Positions 41,048 to 54,549 of a stretch of 64,000 nt of DNA are shown piece after piece. The position numbers and the translations under genes were made by a program. Every line of letters starts with the position of its first letter. Position 1 is the stretch's first letter. The notes under the pieces are model-generated. The model ran no database searches. It saw only the letters and a program-made list of their open reading frames with translations, and was not told the DNA's origin. Source of the DNA: the human T2T-CHM13v2.0 reference genome, Homo sapiens; assembly GCF_009914755.1 (NCBI RefSeq), contig NC_060932.1; one strand, given 5' to 3'.

Positions 41048-42129
41048 CTACCTTCACCATTTTTACATGTACAGTGGCATTAAGCACATTCACATTGTTA
41101 TGCAACCATCCACACCCTTCATTTCTAGAATCTTTTTCATTATCCCAAACTAAAAATCTACCTATGAAACAGTAACATTCCTCCCTCCACCTCCTCCAGC
41201 CCCTAGGGGTCACCACTCTACTTCCAGTTTCTATGAATCTGACTCCTCCAGGTACTTCCTATAAATGGGATCATGCAGTATAAATCCTTTCGTGTTTGGC
41301 TTCTTTCACCTGGCATGATGTCCTCAAAGTTCATCCACATTGCAGTATGTCTAATTATTCCCTGCAGTTGACACAGGCTGTCCAGGAAGGCCTCACAGAG
41401 GAGAGATTTGTGCCAGGACCTGGGGAAGATGGGGGCAAACCACCCTGATGTCTGGGGGAGCGTATTCCAGGCAGAGAGAACAGCAGGCACAAAGGCTCCC
41501 AGTCACAGATTACCTGGCGTGTGTGAGGAATAGGAAGGAGTCCAGTGTGCTGGGGACAAAAATAATGGCTGATGTGGTCAAGAGACATTGGAGAAATGAA
41601 TTGAGGGGAGTGAGAAGTGATTCCTGCACTGGCCTCAAGTGCAGCCCTCCCGTCCGGAGGCCACATGACCCCATTTCCTCCAGCCCCAGTTTCGACTGTG
41701 TCTTCCTAATGAGCATCCCTTGGGGGTAGGCAGCAGCATCACCCACTCCAGGTCCCCTTTCTGCCCTCGTCTCAACGGGCTTCACTGTTTGCTGCGGTTT
41801 TCCTCTTGGCTGTCTGTGCTTCCATTCGGACTGTGAGTTTTATGAGAATGGGGGCTGCGGTGTCTGCATTAGTTCCTGCAGTGGCCCTGGAACCTTTCAC
41901 AGAGTGGCACAGTGTAGGAGATGCTGAGTGAAAGAATCAATGAATGAATGGACAAACAAGTGAGCGGATCTCAGTGAATCCTATAGTTACCCTGTGATGT
42001 GCTCGGGTGCCCACTCCTCCATTCCTCTCTTTACCTTGGAGCCCCTCAGCTCTCTCTGCTCCTGGAAGAGGTCTTTCCTTACACTGCATTATGCTCTTCC
42101 ACCTGGTGAGACCCTCCGCCTCCCAGGAA

Positions 42130-42153
42130 GGGGGTGGGGTGGGGTGGGTGGGG
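42130..42153 (+). other. G-quadruplex-forming motif
   Basis: GGGGG-T-GGGG-T-GGGG-T-GGG-T-GGGG: five G-tracts with single-T loops. Confidence 0.75.
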
Positions 42154-43289
42154 TTGCAGTGCTTCCATTACACTGGCAAAAGAGGCTTGTCTACTCTGCT
42201 GGTGAAGTCAACAGACCAGCAATTCCATGAAAGCCTAGACAAAAGCTCGTGGTTCCCATCATCTCCAGTGAGAAACACTGGCCTGAAGAGCAGACCTTCC
42301 ATCCAGAGGCCACACATCTCCTTTTACCTCCCTAGAGCCAGTCTCAAACATACAGCTCGTATATGCTAGGAAATCAGGTCACCAGACATTCCATCTTCTG
42401 GAGGCTCCTAGGAAGCAGCACACAACAGTGGGCCTTTTGTGGCCTGTCCACTGCGGAGCACCACTGTCTGGTTCCGGTGTCGTTATGAAGTCTCCTTGTT
42501 GTTACCAGCACAACAGCTGCTTTGTCCAGCAAGTCCCTGTTCTATGCAAACTGGCTAGGTGCCATTGCCATGAGATTCATAAGAATATGCATTCAGAAGA
42601 TTAAGAGGTCCTGGGTAGCTACTGCTCTTCTACCAGGCTTTAGACACCCACCAGAGCTTCTCTGACATTAGGGCAACCAGGAGAACAAAGCATGAATCAT
42701 CAGACCCCCGAAACGTGTTTTCCCGGCCTTGTCCCTCCATCTGCACTTTGAGTGATATGGTACAGCTGTTGTTGGAAAACACAGAATTCATCAACAACAT
42801 GTGTGAAAGAAAAGAAGCCCTGTTACCTGAAAGCTTTCTACATTTTAGTATTTTTTAATCAGTGAAGTAGGAGAAACTCTTTCCTTCCACTTAGCTGATT
42901 TTAGTGGAGAATTCCTGTTCATTGGAGACAGCTGAAGGAAGGGCTGGGGCGGTGCTGCAGGTCTGCAGAGCCAGCTCCATGCTCCTGTCTCCGTGTTGTT
43001 CCCGTACCTCTCCCCACAGACCATCCGTGGAAACTGTCAGGGACACAAGGGAGACCTTCCAACTGGCCCTCTCCTTTTGCATACATGGAAACAAACTAGT
43101 AGAGAGGGCAGAGATGGAACCAGAGCCTAAGGCTCAAAACTAAAGGACAAAATATGCATCTCTTTTGGTTCATTTCTTCCTGTTGGCTGAAGACCCAGGA
43201 CCTATTCTAGGTCCATAACATCTTCCTCAGCTTTTTCACAGGTACTTTGGCAGGAGGTTTATTTAAAGAAAGCAAACAGATCAAGAAAA

Positions 43290-43525
43290 GTGAGTCAGGA
43301 TTTGGCCTGTCTTGTCAGGATGCCTGGGTTCTTAAATTCTGGACATCCTGTTTGTTAGCTCTGTGAGCCACACGACATTTCAAAACATCTCCAAGCCTCA
43401 GTTAATTTATCTGTGAAATGGGCATAATAACAGCACCTCCATGATAGGGATTTTATCCTGGAAATAGTGCTTGTGAAGCACTTAGCACTTCCTACAACAT
43501 AGTAAGTGCTCAGTGATGTTAGCTG
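43290..43525 (+). mobile_element. MIR
   Basis: gcctgggttc...gcctcagtt..atctgtgaaatgggcataataacagcacc...gtaagtgctcag. Confidence 0.8.
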
Positions 43526-43995
43526 TGTTGAAGAATCCAGCCCTTCTGAGAAAAGACGCTACTGGGCTAATGCCGCTACCCAGCACTAAAATTCACATAC
43601 GTGCTTTCACTTTGGTAATAGTAGCATTCCTGGCAGAGCAGCACTGCCTCCATTTATGCAGCAGATTTTTCTTATATTCTTCCTAACACTTTCAGCCTAA
43701 TATCTTTTCAGTTTCAATTTGCATCAGCCCAGAGCCTATCCTCACCCACCTTTATTCCATCGCCCAGGTTTTAAATGCATCGGAAGGATACTAAAACTAT
43801 TAACAAACCGGGAAGTTTACATAATGAGACAACACAACGGCTGGAATACAAACAGGAAGGGCCTCCTTCCCTTCACAGGTGAACGAAAAAGCCAGAGTGG
43901 CATTTGTTAGCAAGAACTTCATTGCTCCCAGTATGGGTCTTAAGCTGTTTGAAATGGATTTGAGGGTGGATAGAAAGCCAAAATCGAGCCCATGT

Positions 43996-44058
43996 GAAGA
44001 CAGAGATAGACAGAGAGAAAGAGAGAGAGAGAGAAAGAGAGAGACAGAGAGAGAGAGA
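43996..44058. repeat. (GA)n-rich microsatellite
   Basis: Directly visible imperfect GA repeat. Confidence 0.9.
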
Positions 44059-45689
44059 ATGGGCTCTGGGAAGACTTACTTTCTTGCTTTCAAAATCGCC
44101 TCTCCCAAGCCTCATGCTAAAAACAAGTTAGTGAAAGGGTCAGATCGGCTCAAGAGAGCCAAGCCTGAAAGCAATTTTATCTCCTGAGGAAAATCCAGGG
44201 AAGCCAATTCCCCAACCTAGATTTCAGCTTTTTATATGAAAACAAGAGCAGGGAGGAAGAAATAATCTCCGTAGAGAGAAGTTAGGAAGCACAGGGAACT
44301 GGGAAGCAGGGGACTTGGGCTCCAGTACATCCGAGGAGGATGCTAATTGTCCGTGGGGGCGGTGGGCACAGGTGTCCTTGCCAGGTCCTGTCTCTGTGGC
44401 TTTGTAAAACAGAGAAGAGAGCCCCAGCTGTGGACTCAGGAGGCCCGATTCCTCTGCTAAACGGCATGACCTGCTGCTTCACAACACGTTCTTGCCTAAG
44501 GTCTCTTCTCTGTGTAAGGCGCAGGTTGGATGAGATGCTCTTTCGATTTCTTTCCAGCACTGACATTTTAGGATGTGCATTCCCTGCCTGGCTGCCTGAG
44601 GACTGGAGGACTCTGCTCCCGGGGTTACGAAAGGGTTTCTCAGTGCTTGTCTTTCCTTCATGGGTGCTTCTTGTCCCATTGTTGCCCACACCTGATTCTG
44701 AGCCAGACCATTGCTTTGGTCAGGGCTGTCCGAGCCAGCGTCCTCCCTTGGTGAGACACATCACTGCGTGCGCTTCAGAATTGCATCTCCCCTTAGGACA
44801 ACTGGCACTGGGAAGAAAGGAAGTTGCTGGCAGCTCTCAGGGTGGCTGGGGAGCCAAAGGTCTGGGACAGTAGAGATAGCAAGTTGCCCCTTTCCAGGTT
44901 CCTCGTGGGGGTAAGTAAGGCAGAGGATGGGGCTGGAGTATGCCCTGCAGTGCTGTGGAAAGTCTGGGGGAGCCGGTTGTCTTCTGGGTCCAAAAGCCAC
45001 GGGCTAGAGCTAGAGGGAAGAAGACCCCTGAGGGTTCATAGAGAAGCCTGTGGGGAGCCCGTGTTAACACTCTGTGCTGGGTGGGCTCCGGCAAAGCACA
45101 GGGACACTGCCAGACTGCAGGGCTCTAGGGCCTGCCCTGTCCTTCCCCAGGGTCACAGAGCCCCTGCTATGGCTTGGTTTTCAGTGAAGTTGGCCAGGCT
45201 GCATTCGTATTAGCTGCAATAATTAGGATAAAATCTGTAAGCGTAGAGAAGAGGCTAATTTATATGGTGGATGCCATTGATGCCGGGTGAGCTTCTGAAA
45301 CTCCAATTACAAGAAAAATCTCCTTATGAACCAACTGCCAGAAAGTGCGCTTGTTGATATTCTGACAACAGAAGCTAACTCATTACTCTTCCTTTTTAGA
45401 ATAAGAAAGGAGGAATGAAATAAAAGGCAATTGTCTCCCCGTGTTAATAACCTGACTTGATTCTTCTTCGAAGACTGAAAATGGCTAGTGGGTCAGGTTC
45501 TAAGCCTGGCACAGATGAATGACATTAAACCTGACTTCAGTAGTTATTCTTGGCTCTACACAGAAGGGCTAGAAAGAAAATGACCTGCTATTGCAGCAAG
45601 GAATATTGAGATTAAACCAAGGGAAGGACTTTCCCTGCCTAGCAGAAACCTGAGACCTTGAGAAAAATCATTCTCTGTGGAGGATTCAG

Positions 45690-45890
45690 TTTCTGGGTGC
45701 CAAAGTCAAATAATCTGGGTCCAATGGCAATTTAGCCTTTTCCTAAACTGTATGAAGTTAGGCAAGTTAATTAGCCTTTCTAAACCTCAAGTAATTATCT
45801 GTAAAATGGGGATAAAAATACTCTCAAGGTCACAGAAATGTTATGAAAATTAAGTGAGATAGTACATTTAAAGTGCCTAGCACACAGAAA
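45690..45890 (+). mobile_element. MIR
   Basis: ggcaagttaattagcc...atctgtaaaatggggataa...aaagtgcctagcaca. Confidence 0.75.
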
Positions 45891-46210
45891 GGACTTAGGG
45901 GCAGTTTGATGGGACACTGAGCACATTCTATCAGGTAGAAAGGAAGTAAGAGTATGACTTTTATTAAATTACTGCTGGCGTGCAATTCAAATTCTAATCC
46001 TTCATCCACAGAAGTCTTGAAACTCCTAGAATTCGAGACTTCTAGTCTTCCAATAAGCTGGTCTCTGGAAATAATCTAGTCTTTGCAATCAGTGACCTGG
46101 ATTTTAATTCTAGTTTATCTGGTAGGTAATTAAGAATTATTAAGATGACCAGAATAATTCTAGTTTATCTGGTAGATAAACTAGAATTATTATAAACTAG
46201 AATTATTATC

Positions 46211-46587
46211 TGGTATGGTTTGAATGTGTCCTCCAAAGTTCATGTGTCAGAAACTTAATTCCCAACATAACACTGTTGAGAGGTAAGACCTGTAAGAGAT
46301 GATTAGGTCACAAGGGCTTGCCCTCATGAATGGAGTAATGCTGTGATGATGGGAGTGGGTTCCTGATAAAAAGAATGAGGAACGATTTGGTCCTTTTCCT
46401 TTTCTGTCTCTCGCCCCATGAGATACCTTCCTCCATGGAAGATGCAGCAAGAAGGTCCTCTCAAGATGCCCCCCTCTCAGTCTTGGATTTCCCAACCTCC
46501 AGAACTGTAAGAAAAAAAAAAATCTGTTCTTTATAAACTACCCAGTCCAAAACATTATGTTATAGCAGCATAAAACTGACTAAGACA
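46211..46587 (+). mobile_element. MaLR solo LTR (MST-family)
   Basis: tggtatggtttgaatgtgtcctccaaagttcatgtg...gactaagaca; flanks ttatc/ttctc. Confidence 0.88.
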
Positions 46588-46812
46588 TTCTCACAGAGAA
46601 GTGTCATAATCTCTCAGAGCTCCAGCCCCTCTTCAGCAGCTTGGAGCTACAGCTCCCGTCTACTTTCTCATTGTGAACAAAACCCAAGATAACTTCATGA
46701 AGCATTTGGCACAGAGCCTGACACTCTAGTCACCCTACAAATCTTCATTCCCCTTGCTCTCTTGAAATAGTTAGAAATTTCAGTTAGGTAATTTCCTACG
46801 AGTCTTAATTTT

Positions 46813-47000
46813 CAGGGCTGGAGTACCAATTTACATATATTGTTTATTATATGTACATATACACATATGTAAATATATATACATGCATTTATATACTATA
46901 TATTGTATATAATAATGTAATACAAAATATATTTATATTATATTTATATGTATTGTATATATGTATTGATTTGATTTGATTGATTGGTACTCCAGCCCTT
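46813..47000. mobile_element. Putative hAT-type MITE: 17-bp perfect TIRs around a TA-rich core
   Basis: agggctggagtaccaat (46814-46830) is the exact reverse complement of attggtactccagccct (46983-46999). Confidence 0.55.
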
Positions 47001-47163
47001 GATTTCCAGAGATGTAGTACTAATTTATATATCTATTTATGTATGTTAATAATAGTAAGCCTGTGTACAATTAAAAAGTTTTGTTATTATTTATCGAGAG
47101 TGGGGCCAAGTGGCCCATAGGTAGCATTAGATGGTGCAATACTGTCATGAAAATGGAAGGAAA

Positions 47164-47498
<335 letters not shown>

Positions 47499-47875
47499 TA
47501 AGAAGGGGGAATTGTTAAACATTTACAAAGCCTACCATTTACCAGATCCCGTCTTAGGTATTCTATGCTGTTACATGTATATCATGATGTTGGGATAGAT
47601 CCACCTAGACTGTACCTCCTAGAATGTTTATTAGGAATTGCCTGAAACTGCAACTTGCAAATCAGATGGTTTCTTTCTAGTCGACTATAAGCCCCTTAAA
47701 GACAAGCCCATGTTTTATACAAGTTCACTATCTCCACAGCTCCTGGAATAGGGCATCAGAAGACCATGAGAGATGCCTGTTGAATAGGTGGGTATGTGAT
47801 TATATTTATTTATTCCTTAGTTCAACAAATTTTTTAGTAACTACTGTGTTCCATGCACAGATCCAAGCACTATAG

Positions 47876-48266
<391 letters not shown>

Positions 48267-48549
48267 TAACATGCTAGCAGGGGAAATATAACACTTAAGG
48301 TGTGAACAGATGCAAGCGGAGGGAGGAAATGGAGAGAGTGGTCAGTGGGTCAGGAGATGACCTGTCAAAAGCCACCTGTGAACCATCTGGATCTCCCTCA
48401 TCTATTGTCAATGTAAGCTCGCATCCTGCACTGATTGAGGTCAGTGCTTCCAAAGGTAAACCTGTAGGTAATTTCAAGAATTTCAAGAAATCTGTGGTCT
48501 TGAGCCCAGGAGCTACTAGACAGCTCTCTCTCTTTCTCTCAATAGAGAA

Positions 48550-48895
48550 TGTATCTTTTAGAGCAGTTTTAGGTTTACAAAAAACCATAACCCAAAATAC
48601 AGAGAGTTCTGATATACCCCTCCGGACCCCCGACCAAGCTCCCCTTGTTATTAACGTCTTGCTTTAGTGTGATCCATTTGGTACAATTGATGAGCCAATA
48701 TCGACTTGTTATTATTAAATGTATCCACCATGACTGTATCATAAGAATAGTTTCACTGCCCTAAAAACTCCTGTCCTCCATTTACTGCCTATTCGTCTCT
48801 ATTCCCTCCACCCTCCTAGCCCCTGACAGCCACTCATCTTTTTACTGTCTCCATAATTTTGCCCTTTTCAAGATGTTATATAGTTGCCATCACAT
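48550..48895 (-). mobile_element. L1MC-type 3' end
   Basis: tttagagcagttttaggtttaca...aattgatgagccaatat...gaatagtttcactgccctaaaaa. Confidence 0.8.
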
Positions 48896-49509
48896 AGGAC
48901 TCTTCTCCTTTCACAATTCCTTTCAATTTTGGTTTAATTTGGTGGCTGCGTCCATCCCGGAGTGATGGAACTAAGAAACCTCTCTCCTCCCACAGTTATA
49001 TAGGCTCACTCATGTAATTGAGAGGCAGCGATGTACAAGATAAACGTGTTCTCACTTAGCAAGGAGGATAGATCCACCGTTAGCCTAGAGGGGACAGATT
49101 GGATCTTTGCAGTTTCCTTGATTCAGTAAAGCACATTTAATCACTTAAATACTTTTTGATGATGAGCTGGGATGATCGTTACCATTTAAACCAACTCCCC
49201 CCAGTCTCTCATGTGTCCTGAATAAGAGAACTGATATGGCAGGGACATGGGAGTTTTGTTTTGTTTTGCCGTATTTATTTGTTTGAATCATCCACTTTTG
49301 CACTTAGAATGATCCAAATTCACCTGGAAACTGCAGAGCTCCTACTTGGATGCAGGCACTGTGGTGCCGGCAGGATGGAGCCGCTGGCTAGGAGTCTGAG
49401 GGGTTAGCGTGAGGACGGAGGTAGGCTCTGGCCCAGCTCTTTCCCAAAGGCTTAGAGCACAAGGGAGCCCAGTGGAAGATGTCAGGGAAGGGCAAGTGTG
49501 TGGGAGATC

Positions 49510-49770
49510 TTGCCTGTGTTATTTATCAGATTTACGACCGCTAGTAGCACTTATCAAAAGTGACGTTTATTGGGTGTGAAATGTTCTCATTTGTTAGATA
49601 ACACAAGCTGTTTAGTATTAAAGCAACTTTCACACAGAACAATCTCCTCTGTCATTAGGGACCTCCTAGGATTAATTACTGAGATCTATGCCCCAATGTG
49701 CAGATGCCTCCTAGAACCATAAACTTATAAATCACGCATGAGCTGATTGCTAAGAAATTTTCCTTAAAGC
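49510..49770. promoter_or_regulatory. Candidate developmental enhancer (posterior HOX/PBX, PAX, T-box, GATA)
   Basis: AGATTTACGAC 49528-49538, TTTATTGG 49566-49573, GGTGTGAAA 49573-49581, TTTCACAC 49628-49635, CCATAAA 49717-49723, ATAAATCA 49727-49734, TCACGCATGA 49732-49741, three GATAA sites. Confidence 0.6.
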
Positions 49771-50589
49771 CTCGATCTTTCTGCGAGGGGGACTAGGCAA
49801 GTCATGTGAAGAGTCAGTTGCTCACAGATGAGCACTCTCTGGAGGCCTGCGCTCCTGGTCTAAAAGGCAAGGCTGTCCCTGCACCTCTCAGGCTTAAGAT
49901 GGCTATGATGACATATCTCTACACGCATATTTAGCCTTTCAAAGTATTTTATCCTTAATGATGCTTTCTTTCTTTCATCATTGCACCAACAGCACTTGGA
50001 AAGTGTATGCACGTAGTAGGCCCTTAATCATGGTGATGGATGAACGAGAGCCCCAGGAAGCACAGGGATCTGCTTGGATCTAAAAGGTAGGTGTGCTGCT
50101 TATCTCAGATCACAAAGGCTCCCACAGGCTGAGCTGGTTCCAGGAGCCCAGTCTCTTCTCTGAATCCAATTCACCCTTCCTTTTGACTTGTTCTTCAAGG
50201 CAACATCGTCCCAGGTCTCTGACCCCTGAGGTCACCCAGAGCAACACTATGACACTGTTAGGGATCATGAGAAAAATAATCAGACATCAGCTACAAGGGA
50301 ATGTGTAGGGGCATCCAAAATTACTTAGAATGAAGGTGGAGTCCATACGTAGAGGAAATACACCCACTAGTTACCAAAGCACTTCAGATCACTAATCATT
50401 CTAGGGCACAAATAAATGAATATAAAATGCTACAAGATGGATTAGGGTGGACATTAGGACATTTTTATGGGCACTTACACACATTAATGGGCAACAGGCA
50501 AATAAAGGTTGTTGAATCTTCTGTATTGCACATCCACTGTGCGAGTTGGTAAAAATACGACATCCAAGGTAGTCCCAAGGCATGTGGAT

Positions 50590-51316
50590 TCACTCTCCAA
50601 AAAGATATCCCATCTCCAACACTATCACCCTAGGTCAAGACATCACCATCTTTTACCTGTTGCAAAAATCTTCTAACTGGTTTTCCCATTTCTATGTCTG
50701 CTCTAAAATATTCCATAGCAACTGCTTAAAACATCCCAATGGCTTCCCTTTGTACTTAGGATAAAATCCAAAATCTTGATCATGACTCAGAAAGCCCTGC
50801 AGGATCAGGCCCCTGACTACCCTCCCAACCTTGATTCTTACCATTCTTTCTCTCACTCACCATCTACAGCCACACTGGCCTTCTTCTGGTTCCACAGATG
50901 TGCTGGCTTTTTACTGCCTCAGGACATTCGCATGGGCTGTTCCCTCTGCCCACAATGTTGTTCCTCTCACTGTCTACACGACTGGCTCCTTATCATCCTC
51001 CTGATTCCCTTCCAAATTCATCCTACATGTAATTTCTTCAGAGAAGCCTTCCCTGACCACACAATCTCAACTAGACTCTTCTTCTGTTATTCTCTCTTAA
51101 AGCCCCTTGTCCATTCCCTTCGAAGCACCTGTTGTTTATTTGTGTTTTCGTTTTTAGTACCTATTGCTCACCTTACATGGTATGATACATAAGGGCAGGG
51201 ACCATGTGTATTTGTTCTGCCAATAGCACCTTAGAGTTAAGCATAGTGTCTGATGGCAGAATAGACATTTAAGCAAAATCCGTTCTATGAATGGAGAAGG
51301 AATGAATTAATGAATA
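50590..51316 (+). mobile_element. L2 LINE 3' region
   Basis: ggataaaatccaaa...gccttccctgaccac...gggcagggaccatg...gaatgaattaatgaat tail. Confidence 0.8.
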
Positions 51317-51892
51317 CTAAGAAATATAATGCACTTGTAATGTTCCCGAGAAGCTTACAATCCATTGTGTGTGTGTGTGTGTATGTGTGTGCATTTGTGT
51401 AAAACATGTACTTCCTAAAAGCTCAGAAATATTTGTCTGTTTTGTTCACTGATGTACCTCCGATATCCAGGCAAAACTTGGCACTTAGTAGCTCAAATAA
51501 ATGCAAATCAATATTTGTTGAGTGAACAATGAGCAGAAATATAAGGAACTATTACAATATTTAGCAGGGAGACTTAACCTAGTCTGCAAGCCGTAGCAGA
51601 CATTTGAGAGTAAGAGGCATTGAAATGGAGAGCCAGCATTATCCACATGAAGGGAAGGGGGAAGACGTAGGGGAGAGTAGTTCAGACGTTGTGAATCACC
51701 TAAAGGAAAGGCCGAAGGGAAGAGGAAAAACTGAGCTTGGCATGGTACAAGTCCAAAAGCAATTAAGTGTGCAGTAAGGCTGGATGAGTATCACTGCAGA
51801 TAAAGTCGGAGAATCCGTAAACCCTTATACTGGGAAGGAGTCCGCTGGGTGAAAATTGGATTTCCCATCATATAAGCAGGCACTGACCTTAC

Positions 51893-52042
51893 TGTATTAG
51901 GCCATTCTTGCATTGCTATAAAGAAATACCCGGGACTGGATAATTTACAAAGGAAAGAGGTTTAATTGGCTCACAGTTCTGCAGGCTGTACAGGCATGGT
52001 GCTGGCATCTGCTCAGCTTCTGGGGAGGCCTCAGGGAGCTTT
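51893..52042 (-). mobile_element. MST (MSTB-like) LTR fragment
   Basis: tgtattaggccattcttgcattgctataaagaaatacc...ggcctcagggagcttt, then abrupt loss of similarity. Confidence 0.85.
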
Positions 52043-52207
52043 AAAGGCCCAGGAGTGGAATAAAATTCGGTGTGCCAGGGCAGGAAGCAGGGCCGGAGAT
52101 CAGGAAGCATTTGGGAACATAAGCCTGGCTAGATGAGGCCTTTTAGACCAGCTTAAGGATTCTAAATTTTATCCTTAGATCTGGGAGAAGCTCCTGAAGA
52201 GTTTTAA

Positions 52208-52553
<346 letters not shown>

Positions 52554-53159
52554 TGAACGAGGAATGTATTGCAGCAGACTAGGTGGAAACAACAGGGGTC
52601 TGTGCCTGGGAGCTGGAGAGGGAGGAAAGGAGAAGGAGAAGAGGTAGATTTTTGAGGGAGAAATGGAAGGACAGGTCCTGGCTTGGATTTGGGGAGGAAG
52701 AAAAGGATATGGCAAGAATGGCTCAAAAATCTCAGATTTAAATTTAAAAAAGCTCTTTCCCTTGCCTTGACTGTTCTAGCTTGTTCTTGCAATCACTTTG
52801 GGAGGAACTAACCAGTGGGTGTTGTCCCTGGTTAACAGAAAATAAGAAACGGAGAGACTAAGGACGTCATCGGAGTCTCACGGCTGGCTGGTAAAAGCCG
52901 GGGGAAGATCTGTCCTCTTCAGCCCCTGGTATCACCTCGGAGCTCTGTGGGACAGTGGAGGGAGGGGTGGGAAGCACCGTGTCTTGTGCCTAGGCTTTCT
53001 CCCATCAGGGGAGGGATGGCCCAGGAGGTGCCTGCTGGCCCATTGCCTCTAGGCTGGCCCCCTTCAATGTGGCTCTGTCCCACCTCCACCCTGCATCTCA
53101 CCGCCAGCTCGAGGCTCACTTTTACTTAATGACTCTCATCTCCCAGAAAGTTCCGCCCC

Positions 53160-53540
53160 AGAATCCACAATGGGCGACATTACGAACTCCTCATGTCTGG
53201 TGATAACTTTTTATGAGGTTTTTATTCTTTCACAATATATTAAAGCCATATTTTTGCCAGGTTTTTACTTCAGTTTATTTCTTGTCCTTGAATCACTCTT
53301 CTCCTTCTCTCCCCCCGCCCCTCTGATTCCTTCCCCCACTCTCTTTACCTGAGCAGGCTTTGCACTGGAGATGTTTAATTCTCCTTTAATCCCAATTCCC
53401 GGAGGTACATGAAAGCAGCTTTACGATCCCATAAATCCAAGAAGATAAAGTGCATTTTTATTAGTTGTGTTGGCGTCAAAGGGAAAAAAATGGAATCTAA
53501 TGTGAAATAGTCAGTAATGAATTTACTTAATAGCTATCCT
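53160..53540. promoter_or_regulatory. Candidate enhancer (HOX/CDX, K50 homeodomain, GATA, TCF)
   Basis: TAATCC 53387-53392, TTTACGA 53420-53426, CCATAAATC 53429-53437, AGATAA 53443-53448, TTTTATTAG 53456-53464, TCAAAG 53476-53481. Confidence 0.5.
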
Positions 53541-54530
53541 CATCACTTAACGTGGCACATGGAGGGTAGTGGCCCAGGGGGTAGGGCTGGGGACTGGTTG
53601 CTTTCTCAAGAGATGAAGCAAAGGGTAAAATCCTTGCAGGTTGGGTGTTTTTTTCTTCTTCTTCCTCCAGCAGGAAGAGATTTCTTCCAAATGAAGCTAG
53701 AAGGCTTGAAGGCAGGGTGGGAGGGGCAGAGACAGGCTGGCTAGGAGTGGAAGCCCACTTTTGCCCTGGGGCTGCCGAAGGTCTGTCCTCTTTGCTCTCA
53801 GCCCTGGTGAATGGTCTGGCCCCTGAGATCAGCTTTGGTGAAAGATGGAAGGCAGAGTCAGGGATGAATGACATCACTTAGAAGGGGGTGTGTTCCCCTC
53901 CAGGGAGCAGGTCAGCTCTGCAGGTAGCCAGCTGTGCAAAGGGGCCCTGCGTGCCCCATCCTCCCTACGAAGGTGAGGGGCAGCTCTGAGGGCATCCATG
54001 CTGGCTTCAGGTCAGAGCCTTGCTGTTCTCCCTCTTGGTCCAGGCAGGCCTCAGGTTTCTTATCTCAGATCCTGCAGGTCATTCAGCAACAATGGGCTAC
54101 ACCCTCCCCTATGACCCCCGCGCTGCGCCTCACATCCTATGTCTTTGTTGCTGTAGGCCCAGGGTTTGCAATGACTCCCTCATCTCTCCTCACCTCACTG
54201 CTTCCTCCTTCTCCCGTCCTCTCCTCCTCTTTCCCCTTAACTCTCTACTTCTGTCTCCCTTTCCTTGCAACCCTCCAATCTGCTTAGAGAAAGCCCTGAT
54301 GCCTGCGCTGGCACTGGAGTGGGAAGGGCCCTTTCCACTCCAGATCCTAAGACTGCAGGGCGGCAGGCAGTCAAGTGATCCCTGGAGAACACTGAAGCTT
54401 CCTGGTAGTCTTTGCTTGTAGTTTTTAGGACCTTTTGGGGTTGAAAAAGAGAGCTTTTTTTCTCCCACACTTTTTAAAAAGGGGAAAGGGGCATTTGCAA
54501 GGCCTGGAGTGGGGACGGGTTTATGCCTTA

Positions 54531-54549
54531 TGGCCACTAGATGGCAATA
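54531..54549 (+). promoter_or_regulatory. CTCF binding motif
   Basis: TGGCCACTAGATGGCAATA fits the core CCASYAGRKGGCR exactly, within a locally CpG-rich unique segment. Confidence 0.75.

Noticed and set aside
44340-44873. 177-aa ORF and overlapping ORFs in GC-rich DNA
   Set aside because: Several frames on both strands are open, as expected from base composition; no homology recognised.
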